Below, piece after piece: positions 48,340 through 60,133 of a stretch of 64,000 nucleotides of DNA. Position numbers and translations under genes: made by a program. Within the stretch, counting starts at the first letter, position 1. Every line of letters begins with the position of its first letter. Under the pieces are notes generated by a model. That model ran no database searches. It saw only the letters and a program-made list of their open reading frames with translations, and had not been told where the DNA came from. The stretch is from Lingula anatina (lineage: Eukaryota; Animalia; Brachiopoda), in the NCBI GenBank assembly GCA_051362555.1, contig CM120643.1, forward strand, positions 22,820,848 through 22,884,847, in the 5' to 3' direction.

Positions 48340-49560
48340 ACATATTTCAAGTGGATCATTTAAAAGTGCACTCAATGACCTTAAAGGCAAAGCAATGAAA
48401 GCCAACTTCATGATTAAACAAACATTATCCACCACAGAAAAAAGTCTTATTCACCTTAAACTGAAACTGTTCGATACATTAATCAAACCCATCCTTCTAT
48501 ATGGCTGCAAAATTTGGGGACCTGCTCTCATTGCTAAAAACATTAACTCTATCAAATCTATGAACACATTCCCTTTTGAACACGTCCACAACAAATTCTG
48601 CAAATCACTACTGGGAATTCAACATAACAGCAGTAACATAGCAGCCAAAGCAGAACTTGGCAGACTTCCACTTACACAAAGTGTACTAAAACGATTTACA
48701 GAGGTCCCAGATAGACAACTTTTAAAAAAGGTATATCAAAGTAAAACCCTAGAAGTAAAATCAAAGGGAAACTGGAGACAGAATATAGACACAATCTACC
48801 AAACTTTTTTCCCCCTAAACAGGAACAGCCTCCAGATAGATAAAAATGAAATGAGCAAAGCTTTCGGCGACCACTACAAAATGCTATTTTTTAAAGAACT
48901 AGACAGAGAAAATGGACTACTGAGAACATATAAACTATAAAAAACAACTTACGAAGCTGAACAATATTTAAATGCCCTCCTAACAAAACTGGAACTCCAA
49001 AGCCTTGCAAAATTTAGAACCGGTGCCCACGATCTAGAAATACAGAGAGGCAGATTTCAAAAACCCACCCCTCTACCGCCTGAAAAGAGAATATGTTGAC
49101 TTTGCAAACAAGGAGTAAAGAATGAAATTCACTTCCTGTTGATACATGTAGCCTATGTCCCCAATATGAAAAACAAAGAAAGAATCTTGACCAACAATCA
49201 GTCCGAAACACTAACAACACTGAACAATTCAAATCACTAATGCAAAACAGAAATCATAATACAATACAAAATCTAGCGAGATACATAACAATATGTAACC
49301 AAGAAAGATCCAGTATTCTCTACCAGCCACCACCTACTAAACGAGAGAAATATGTATGATTTTTTTAAAGGTCAGTTATATATGTGAAAACACAATGTAT
49401 CAATATATATGTATAATTTTCACCTCTGATAATGGGTGTATAACAGCACTTACTAGTACATTTAAGAATACACACTAAGTATTAATATATGGTACCTATG
49501 TAATTGTTTGGTCATAGCCTTTGTAAATTGTGCTAGAACTAATAAAGATTATTATTATTA
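48340..49560 (+). mobile_element. 5'-truncated non-LTR retrotransposon (RTE-X/CR1-group-like ORF2 3' part)
   Basis: LKLFDTLIKPILLYGCKIWG...HNKFCKSLLG...AKAELGRLPL...LRTYKL, a degenerate FRTGAHDLEIQRGRF/CCHC region, and an AATAAA + (ATT)n tail at 49541-49560. Confidence 0.85.
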
Positions 49561-49814
49561 TATTTAGCAATATACAGGGTATACTTGAATGTAGGTCAAG
49601 ACCGTAATTGATGACCTAGATTCCAAAACCGGCAATTTTTAACAATTACTATTAGTGATGGTAAGTATGTTTATTATCAAGGAATTTAAGTAATGGGATG
49701 GGGTGCGTCTTTCAACGGTAAAAGAGGTTTATCAATTTTTCAGCCGTGTTCAGGTTAATCTAATTCTGAGACACATCTTTCTTTAACTTTAGACAGTCCA
49801 ACACAGCCCATAAC

Positions 49815-50012
49815 AGATATATTATGTTTTTTTTCTCTCAAGTGCATCAACCTTTCTTTCAATTCATATTCAAAATCCAATCCTTAAGTCCGCTTTATTG
49901 ACGTAAGGAAAGGGTTATTTTAAGCATATTCTTCATAGTTTTATAGCAATTCCTTTTAGCTGTAATGTGCCTAATTGCAAAAGTTGCAGCAGGTGAGTCA
50001 CGGTTGTGCAAA
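49815..50012 (-). pseudogene. Frameshifted duplicate of the 3' end of SET paralogue 3
   Basis: About 200 bp closely matching 50401-50600 (e.g. TTCAAAATCCAATCCT.AAGTCCGCTTTATTGA.GTAAGGAAAGGGT and TGCAGCAGGTGAG.CACGGTTGTGCAAAC), with indels. Confidence 0.85.
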
Positions 50013-50405
50013 CCGACAGTTATTCGCAAACACGTGTCTGTTGTCGATCTACTAGATTGTATGCATTGACTTTCTCGGGTATTGCATTGTTTTTTATTGC
50101 CTAAAGCTGTGATCATGTAGGTTTAATGTTTTGTTATACAGGCACTAATATGCCACTTACAAATGCAGAGCTACAGAGAAAAAAAAAACATCTTATGACC
50201 GTGAAACTTTTCTTGAGAAATATTTTGAATGGTTCTGATACATAGCATAATTTAGACTACAATTTTACCTAACCTCATGATTGAAATATAACCTAATTTA
50301 GATGTTACCTAACCTCCGTAACAAAAACATATTGTACTATGTTTACACGTGCATATTTCTTTAAATACTTAAGCCTAAACATTTTAACACAACTCAAAAC
50401 AGATA

Positions 50406-51564
50406 TTATGTTTTATTTTCTTTCAAGTGCATCAACCTTTCGTTCAATTCAGCTTCAAAATCCAATCCTAAAGTCCGCTTTATTGAGGTAAGGAAAGGGT
50501 CATTTTCACCGTAGTCTTCATAGTCTTGTAGCAATTCCTCTCCAGCTGTAATGTTCCTAACTGCAACAATTGCAGCAGGTGAGACACGGTTGTGCAAACG
50601 CATTGCGTCACTGGGGCAAGCGACATTCCGAGTGTCCCCGCCGTGATTTATGCTCATTATTGGTCCAGAACCCATTAAAAAACAGCGCTTTTTTGTTTCA
50701 TCCCTACAGGAACCACGTTCGAGATCACAGGTCTCTAGGGATGCTACTCCGGAAAGAAAATGCCGCAGAAAGTCGGAAACTGGAGTCTTTTTCGCCGGTA
50801 GTGAAAGTGTGTACAACCATCTCTTGGTCAATGCGTCATAGGGTATCATCCAGCAGGGCTCCGATGTTTCGCCAGGAAGAACGCTGTCACAATTTATGTC
50901 CCACAATACCGTATTTACGGTAATATTTTCTTTAGCATATACTCCCATTCCTGCGTCGACTATACGGCTCTTCCTTATTTCTACTGGCACAAAAGTTTTA
51001 CATCGACATAATCTGATATCTTGTAGCATAGACGCCGTTTTAAAACAAGACGAGTCTTTCATCGTCAGCAGCGATATACTCCAAATCTACGAAAAAGCAG
51101 ACAATAATTGATCAGACGCACAGAGGATAGGCCAGATCTCGCTATAAAATGATATCGATACATTCATCTGTAGAGACATTGCGACTTTACCTGTATTTCC
51201 TCAGGCCCCAATAGATTCATTGGCGTTTTTCAATGTGCAGGCCAACTGCCTTGTATAGGGTAATTATTCTAATTTTTTGGTTCTGGGGCCTATTTCAGGA
51301 AAGACCTATAGTCCGAATAATTGTTCCAAATACTAAGATCTTAATGTTATACTATTCTTACCCAAAATAAATACCAGTAGTCAAATTAAATGAAATGAAA
51401 TATTGCCCCTGTTTAAGGCCTATAACAAAAAGATGGTGACTATTTTTTTCCGACCAATAGCTATTTTATTACTACTTCCTACTACCAAAATCTTTATTAA
51501 GTTTACGTCATTTTTCAGACCAAAATTCGTTATTTTTTGAAACGGCCTTTGGGCTTCATTTACG

Positions 51565-51605
<41 letters not shown>

Positions 51606-51722
51606 ACAGGGTACCATTATAAAGAAAATCATCCAGATAACATTTCTTCTGTTGTGGATTGCTATACTGTGAGCAGTGGTCATCATTAATCCAATACGGC
51701 TCCCTGAAACACAAAACGACAT
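50406..51722 (-). CDS. Type II membrane-anchored SET-domain protein, paralogue 3 (262 aa)
   Basis: Exon 1 51615-51722 (...HNRRNVIWMIFFIM|gtaccc) joins exon 2 50406-51086 (tttttcgtag|IWSISLLTMKD...). Motifs: SRIVDAGMGVYAKENIT, MSINHG, AIVAVRNITAGEELLQDY. Confidence 0.85.
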
Positions 51723-52365
51723 GGTACTCTATAAGCATCGTTTTTGACTGCTTTTGCACTAATCCAAAAGCACTATAGAGAGGTGATTGAGAGTCACTGA
51801 GAATCCACTGAAATACATAGTTCCCATTGATTTGCACATATTACATGAGAAGTCCCCATTCAAGATTGCCCCACTTTCGTCACGCTAACCTTTACCTGTA
51901 CGAATCCAATGGTCCAGGAGATCGAAATCTCTGTGACACAGACCCTCAACTTCGTCATAATTATCATTTTAGACTTTTACTATTATTATTTTAGACTTTA
52001 TAACTAAATCTTTTAACATAAATTATACTCGCAAGTATGGCAATGGTTTGTAACGATATTGTGGGACACTTTATCGACTAAATGTTCCGGTAGCGAGCGT
52101 GGATCGACTGGGGTGTGGGAGAGACTCGGTGCTGGGAATGCTTAGGGCACCATGGGGCCTACAATAAATACACAATCCACATGTACCTCTGATACATTTG
52201 CTGTTTTTTTGATCGAAAATTGGTAAAGTAACTTTTATAGTGAAGCAAAGATATTCCAGATTTTCTGGAGAGTGATCATATATGAGGGAACGTGAAAAGT
52301 ATCCACGCAAGGAGGGCAACTACAGTTTATGTCAAATAGTTGGCTCTATCCACGCTCTCTCTCTT

Positions 52366-52410
<45 letters not shown>

Positions 52411-55208
52411 GCATGCTACAAGGTTCAGTATTAACGTTATTTACTTACTTGAAAGCCACTGTCTCCAAGGTTCTAATTCACAACACAAGAACTTCACAAT
52501 AGGTAAAGGTGCGCTAGAACAGCCCGGCTAAATTGTTCACACAACATTTGGCCTATGGACGCTGCAGGGGAGGGTACCGCGGGTATGTGCCGCTCTTCAA
52601 CTTCTACAATGTCCCTTCCTCTCCCCTTCCCAATAACAACAAAAGGAACGAAGAAAAAACAGCAAAAAGAGGCAAAACCATACAATATTCCACCCCTTGT
52701 CCCACATATAATTGCGAAACTTACCCCATATACCGTTTTATATTTTCTAAACAAAGTGTGTCAATATTTTAAATCCTCGTGTCCCCTAGCAAAATTCTGG
52801 ACCCACTAATATCAGACCGTCACTGAATATAGCCTAAGACCACGGCAGATGTCGGAAATAAAGGACATACAGGCGTGCCACGCATGAATGCAAGATGGAC
52901 CACGAATGGGTCTTTTGTTCTCGACATCTGATAGCCAGCAAAGGGTATGTAACATCCACTCGCGCTTCGCACTTGTGAACATCTTGGACCCATTGTCCAT
53001 ATAATGTATGCTATGGGTGGCCATAATGTATTTGTGTTTTAATTTGATAAAATGCAGAATCAGAATCAGAATCAGAAGTTTATTGACAATCGCCTTACAT
53101 CCGGGCATGATCAAATACAAATACAAGAAGTAATCCGCAGAGTGATTACCATATACAGTTTGATATACATTATATAATGTCTAGACTAAAGCAGGGAAAG
53201 TACAAGTACTACTCAATAAAGATCAATATAGGGATAATTAAAAAAAAAAAAAAAAAAAAAAACGATTCAACTAGAATAGGCTACACTAAACCTTATATTA
53301 AACTAACTATTATTTAGGGGGATATGAAAACTGCATCGTCAGTTAATCTAGGTTTTATTCAGCATGGATGCAATTTTCATATCCCTAGCTTTAAAACAAT
53401 CATAAAGAAAATTAGTTGTGCATTTTGCAATATCAAAATCATTACATTGCAGTACGGTAATAAAAAGTTCACTGATGGACTCAGGGGCTGCACTGCCCAG
53501 TATATATCTTTAACCTGGTTAAGGAATATGGCTCTCAGTGGAGCATAACAGGGGCATAACATCATAAAATGGAACTCATCTTCAACTGACCCCATGTTGC
53601 ACACCGTGCATAGCCTTTTCTCTATGGGTATTTTAGGATTCATGTGTCTCCCCTTTTCAATTGCCAAATTGTGGGCACTTATCCTGAATTTGCAAAGGAA
53701 TGTAGATTTGGGTTTGTGGATTAACTGTGTGTATATTTCTCTTTTAAAATCTTTTTTGAAGGTACTGTAGGTACGTAATTTTTTATCCTCCGTGTTCAGG
53801 GATGCTAGGTGAGCTTTAAAGGCTGAACTATAAGAGCTTTGGATAAGCGGTTTTATTATGGAAGAGAGTGAGGTCATGGATATTTTAAAAGGGTCCTCCC
53901 AAATGTCAGGGCGTCCAATGAGCGCCAGTGTATTTTTAATGCCGGTTGACCAGGTTGAGGTGTTAAGTCTGTTTAAATTTTCATTTTCGTGAAGTGCATG
54001 AGTTACTAAGGAGGTGGTGTCATGGTACTTTTTATATTGAAGGCTGTGCCAGTATTTGAGGGCCAGTGTGTGGGCAGTGGTCAGTATTGGGAAGCTGCCC
54101 AGTTCTCCGCGGACAGCATGTGAGGGAGATTTTCGGTTAACACCTAGGATAGTTTTGCAGGCCTTGAGATGTAAGGTTTCAATGGAAAGTTTGTCACAAA
54201 TTAGGAAGTAGCTGTCTTTACTTGAGTTTTTGACAAAGTATGGTGCCCAAACTTCAGAGCCATAGGTATACGAATGGGAGCTATGAGTGAGTCAAAGAGT
54301 TTCATGGAAATGGGCACTGGGCTGGTGAATAATTTATTGCGGATTTTGAAAAATGCTTTCCCCCCTTTTGATTTGAGTATTTCAAGGGATTTGGTGAAAC
54401 TTCCAGATGGAGTAAAGACAAGTCCTAAATAGCAATATTCACTACAGATTTCTAAAGGTATATCGCCAAACTTGAAATTTTTTTCTGGATTTTGTGGCCA
54501 GATTTATTGAATATCATGACTTTTGTTTTAGTGATGTTCACTAGTAGCTTCCATTTTTTGCAGTAGGCCTGAAGTTGATTTATTGCGGTTTGTAAACCTG
54601 CATTGCTTTCCGACATAATTACTAGATCATCTGCATATAATAGGCAATTTAATTTTTGATTATTCAGAGACACTGGGTCACATCTGTCGTTAAAAATTGA
54701 GGGCAGGTCACTTATTTTATTATTTTTTTTGTTTTGTTTTGTTTTTTTGTTTTTTTATTGCATTTATTCACTCAAAAAAAAAAAAAAAGAAAATATACAT
54801 ATATAATAAAATATTTAAGCAGATAATCAAAGATTGAAAGATTAAATGCATGTAATACAATGCTGGTGATAATTACGGTAATTAAATACTAATAGGTAAA
54901 TAAAAAGATCATAAATATATAGATTTACTCTCACTCACTCATCCATCCATACATACTACGCGTATGCATGCTTGTTGTGAGCTACATCTCGGCAACTATA
55001 ACATATATAATGAAATATTTAGACAGAAAATCAAAGATTAAATGCATATGATACTGATAATAATTACGGTAATTAAATACTGATAAATAAATAAGAACAT
55101 AAATATATAGACTTACTTTCATTCACTCATCCGTCCATACATACTACACGTATACATGCTTGTTGTGAACTACATAACGGCAACTATAGCGTACTAGAGG
55201 TGAAAATT

Positions 55209-58200
55209 TTAACACGTTATGGTAGGAATGCGTTTCCATTTTGTATTGAACCTGTCTTCTTTTCCTGTCTTTATAGCAATGTATTTTTCTATTTTCTTCT
55301 TCTGACTAAGAAAATGTAGAAACAGTTCAAAATCATAAACTGATGGATTTTCTGAATTTTTGTTTATGAATTGTTTAGCCACAATAATGCAGAAATTTAA
55401 AGCTTTTACGCGCTGGTCGCTTGACAGACACCCGTACATTATAGTTTTTTCATTTTTTCTGAAGTGTATGGTGTTATTCGGAATGTTCCACCAGTTTTCA
55501 AATGCAATCCAAAAATTTCTTGCACGTACACATTCTACAAAACGATGTATTATTGTTTCTTTCATATGGCAGTTAATACATCCTGGGCTAGTAACTATTT
55601 TCATTTTGAACAGTGTAGAATTTGTGTACAGCACATTGTGAATTATTCTGTATTGCATTACTTGTAGTTGAGTTTCTTTGAAAGACTCAAATGGTATCAA
55701 GAAAACTCTCTGCCCTTCATTTTCACTTACGCCTGATTTGATAAGATGCAAACTTGCTGTGGGTAAATTTATTACATTTCTTTCTATTAGCTTATCGTAA
55801 ATGGTTTTTGTAGAGGCTAGAGTCCATACTATCTCATCTGAGTCTGTGTTGTCAACTGTTCCTGCATTTTCCCGAAGTTTACGTAACCATGATATCGGAA
55901 TTGATTTTTTTACTTTTTCGTATTCTAGAAAATTCGGCAGCTTAATGTCCAAGTTGTGTTGATTTATTATTTCTTCTAATGATATAAATTCACCATTGAT
56001 ATTTATAATATCTTGCATATAATTTACTCCGGCTTTTGACCAATGCCTTAGATATATTGACTTTTTGTTTACAAGTATGAATCTATTATTCCATATTATC
56101 TGTTTCTTTATATCGGAGGCATTATTAGGGTCTGTTTGTATTAAATCACTCCATGCATCTAGCATGGCTACGTAAAAAGGTGGTATGTCCAAAATGTTAA
56201 TATTCTTCAGTTCATAATTACAACTGAAAATAAGTTTTCCTCCCACACTTCTTAAATATTTCAGTATGTTTATAACCCACGGATCATCGTTGTCAGCTAA
56301 CATTATGCGCTTAACCATTGAGGCCTTCAGAGACCGCACGTGCGATGGCACATGCGTCAAATTTAAACCACCTTTACTCTTTGGGGCTATTAATGTATTT
56401 TGCTTTAATTTTGTTTTTTTATCATTCCATAGAAATTTTTTGAATAAAGCATCTATCCTCAAAATAATATCATTTGGGGTCTCAAGAACTGTATAAGCAT
56501 AAACCAGTTTAGCCAGACCCAATGTTTTCAGTATTTGTATCTTTCCAATCCATGTGAGGTCTCTGCTGGACCAAAGGTTAAGCAGCTTTTCAATTTGATC
56601 AACTTTACTATCGAAGTCTAGAAACCTGCAGCTTTCGTAATCGTAAGAGAAATGAATTCCGAGAGCTTTTATTGGTCTATCCGGCCATAGCAACCCGAGG
56701 GGCTTTTCGTCGTTGAATCTATTGCTTCCAAGCCACAGGGCTTCGGACTTGCTCAAGTTTAGTTCTAAACCAGAAATTTGTTTGAATTCAGATATTAATT
56801 TCAATGCGTTTTTAGCGGACCCAACATCATTTAGAAATAGCGTTGTATCGTCGGCATATTGGCATAATTTGTGTTCATGACGATCAATAGTAATTCCCCG
56901 TATGGATGGATCTGCGCGTATTGCGCAGGCTAGTATTTCTACGGCCAGCACGAATAGAGGGCCGGACAGTGGGCATCCTTGTCTTACACCTCTTGTAATT
57001 GAAAAGAATCGCGAGGAATATCCGTTGTTTGTAATACAACTGGAAGCATTGGCGTACATAATGTCAAACCACTGAATGAATTCAGGGCCAAAGTTGAATA
57101 TTTTCAGGCATTTTTTTATAAATTCCCATTCAATGCAATCGAACGCTTTTTTAAAATCTAAGAAAATTGCCATCCCTTCTTTATTTTGCCTTTTTGTTGA
57201 GTACATAAGATCCCAGATGAGTCTTATATTTTCACCGATATATCTTTTTTTTAACGTACCCGGTTTGGTTTTTGTTGATAATGGTTGGTAAAGTCATTTC
57301 CATTCGTTTTGCAAGTGCTTTTGCGGCTATTTTGTAGCTTACGCTTAGCAAAGAAATAGGTCGCCAGTTTTCCAAACGGTGTCTATCCTTGTCTTTTTTG
57401 GGAATTAGTGTTATTATACCCTGCCGTTGGCTAATATTTAACTGACCAGTTTCAAAAGCAAAATTTAAACAGTCTGCAATTTCCTCTCCTAATTCTTCCC
57501 AGAATTTCATGTAAAATTCTGCGGAGAGCCCATCGACACCCGGGGTTTTATTCTTCTTTTTTGTAAGTTCTTTGAGTGCGTTTTTGCACTCGTTGATGGT
57601 TAGCTTTCCTTCACATGCGATTTTTAGGTCGTTTGGAATTTGGGGTATGTTTTGTACATTGAAAAATTTGTTTGAGATTCTCTCGTTAAAGGTAGTGTTC
57701 TGTGAGGTGTACAAATTTTCATAAAACTTTTCCTGTTCTTGTAGAATATCTTTATCGTTAGTTACTGTTAGTGTATCATTAATTTCTAGTTTTGTAATTG
57801 TATTTCTGACCCGATTCCGTTTTTCCAAGTTGATAAAGTAATTTGTATTGCGTTCGCCCTTTTCGTACCATCTCACTTTACTGCGCATTATTGCACCTTC
57901 AGTTTTAGCTTCTAAGATTAAATCATATTCAGTCTTAAATTTTTCTAATTCTTTAGCTTTTTCTTTATTAAATTGATTGTCTATCTCGGGTTGTAGCACG
58001 TTGATTTTTTTCCAAATGTCTCTTTCATTTTCTCTATGTTGTTTAGATTTTTGCTTTGAAAATTTTATTGAAAACTGCCGTATTTCCATGGTTATCATAT
58101 CAAATGCTAAACCACGGTCCTCTAAGTAATTGTATCTGTTTTTTGCTTCATTAATTACAATTTTCATTTCGTTAATATATCTTTCGTCTCCTAGTAAAGT

Positions 58201-58977
58201 ATTATTGTGTTTCCAAAACCCTCGCCCTCTAACTGTCATATCTTTTGTCTTTAAAAACAAAGATATTGCATCATGATCAGTGTAAGGTGCGTACAGTATC
58301 TCCGCCTTTTCTATAAAACAATTTTCTATAAGTTCGTTAGATGTTATCCAGTAGTCTAGTCTGCAGGAAATTTTTGATTCGGAGTTTTTCCATGTGTATC
58401 TTCTTTCTGCACCATGGAACTTTCTCCATGTGTCATTTAAATGATATTTTTTCATAATAGTTTGTATTTCATGTATAACTTTATCTTTAATGTGTGTGGA
58501 CAGTCCATCATGTTTATCTAGCTTGGACAATGTGCAGTTGAAGTCACCCCCTATAATTACATAATCAGATTCATATTTAGCTAGTTCTTTATAGAGAAAT
58601 CTGTAAAATTCAACTTGTTCATTTATTTGATTTGGGGCATATATATTACACATAAGAAAAGTGCTCGTACCAATTTTAATTTTCACGCCTAGAAGACGAC
58701 CATCCGGGTCTGTAACTGTGTCTATAATGTCATATTCTATGTTATTTTTAAATAAAATCATCACCCCTTTGCTATGCCCAGTACCATGATTATACCAAAC
58801 CTTTCCACCCCAATGAGCGCGCCATAATTTTTCTTCGACTTTCTGCGAGCTGTAGGTTTCTTGTAGGAGGAAAACATTTTCAGGCCTTTTATGTAGCCAC
58901 CTAAATACTCCCTTTCTTTTTTTAAAGTTATTTAGCCCCCGGACATTTAAGGATAATATACTAAAATCAAAACTCAT
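55209..58977 (-). CDS. L1 ORF2 (APE endonuclease + reverse transcriptase + C-terminal Cys motif), with one +1 frameshift in an A8 run at 57245-57252
   Basis: SLNVRGL, LQETYS, CNIYAPN, GGDFN, RLDYW, TDHDA (APE); KTPGVDG, NWRPISLL, LDFKKAFD, GVRQGCPLS, QYADD (RT). Removing one A joins the two ORF-track ORFs through GYVKKRYIGENIRLIWD into 1255 aa. Confidence 0.93.
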
Positions 58978-59302
58978 AATAGCATTTTAATGTATTGACA
59001 GACATAACGTTTTCGTTGATATATATGTATGTACGACAATGAGTCACACCATTCTTTTCATCGCTTAACAAACAGACATGTACCACGTGCACACTTTTAC
59101 TTTCGTACACAATCTCAGTCTTACGCAGGGCCATTATCCACTTACTCACCTCATTTAAACACAAACATACACTCACACAATATACAGGGTACTACATATA
59201 GGAAAACGCACATGGGAGAGCGTTCAGTTTTGTGCGACAATTGGTTTTATGTGCGAAATTAAAGCAAGAGGAAAATGGAAAAGGGAGAAATAAAGTTCAT
59301 GC

Positions 59303-60133
59303 TCAAGCGTTTCTTATCTTTAAATTAATATCATCGTGCAGGTCAAATTTCACCCTTTTTGTGCTGTCTTTCGGCCGACCATAGACTGACCCATAAAAGT
59401 ACCATGCTTGGTCAATTTCAGGGTGGCTAACGAGGCGCTGGATAAGTTGCGCGTTCTTTTTTGTGACGTCATCTGCCAGTCTCAAGTTTTGCCTCGAGGT
59501 TTTCATTGCCCTTCTGCACCTCATAATTTTGGCTTTTGTCTCCGTGTTATTCACTCGTAAAATTATAGGTCTCGGTTGTTGTGTTTTTGCCCCAGGTATA
59601 CGATGTACTGCTAGAATGTCATCATCCCGGAGTGTTATCTGTGCTACTTCCTTCAATGTGTCGCGTACGACGGACTTAGTGTTCTCCTTTGTCTCTTCCT
59701 TTATCCCGTAAATTTTAATATTGTTCTTACGAGAATACTGTTCGTTGTAGTTTGATCGTTTGTCCGCCTCGAGACTCAGTTTTGTGAGATCTTTTATCTC
59801 CTCTTTCAATTTAAGTAAATCTTTGTCTTTCCTTGCAATGTTTTCTGTAAGGTTTTTATTTTCAAATTCCAGGAAGTCTAATTTCTCTCGCATGTTGCTG
59901 ATTTGTGAACCCATTTCTTTTTTCATTTCTTTTAACATTTCTGTAACTAAGGTGGTTACTAGTTCTTTCAGTTCGTCTTTGTTTATCATGTCTTTCATAT
60001 AAGATTTTATTTCTTCTAGTTCCGCTAAGATAATGCTGTTATTTTCTTCAGCACTTGTATTGGAGACTTCTCTGTGCGTACGTTTGGGTGTAGGCTCACC
60101 CTTCTTAGTGTTTTTTGTGTGTTTGGATGACAT
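59303..60133 (-). CDS. L1 ORF1 (coiled coil + RRM-type RNA-binding protein), 276 aa
   Basis: Heptad-rich N-terminal half, then EQYSRKNNIKIYGIKE, AVHRIPG, PRPIILR and ADDVTK motifs; lies upstream of ORF2. Confidence 0.9.
   Translation of the reverse strand: MSSKHTKNTKKGEPTPKRTHREVSNTSAEENNSIILAELEEIKSYMKDMINKDELKELVTTLVTEMLKEMKKEMGSQISNMREKLDFLEFENKNLTENIARKDKDLLKLKEEIKDLTKLSLEADKRSNYNEQYSRKNNIKIYGIKEETKENTKSVVRDTLKEVAQITLRDDDILAVHRIPGAKTQQPRPIILRVNNTETKAKIMRCRRAMKTSRQNLRLADDVTKKNAQLIQRLVSHPEIDQAWYFYGSVYGRPKDSTKRVKFDLHDDINLKIRNA

Noticed and set aside
38837-51062. SET ORFs as single-exon soluble proteins or bacterial contamination, as the ORF-track starts suggest
   Set aside because: Two of the ORF-track starts are TTG codons, each ORF has an in-frame splice acceptor just upstream, homologous first exons exist, and the introns contain metazoan transposons.
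52555-52810. Degenerate hAT-like MITE ends here and near 61475-61560
   Set aside because: The termini are too decayed to define TIRs or a TSD.
55360-60002. Several plus-strand ORFs inside the L1 element, and similar antisense ORFs over the SET exons
   Set aside because: They are antisense shadows of real coding sequence with no recognisable motifs.
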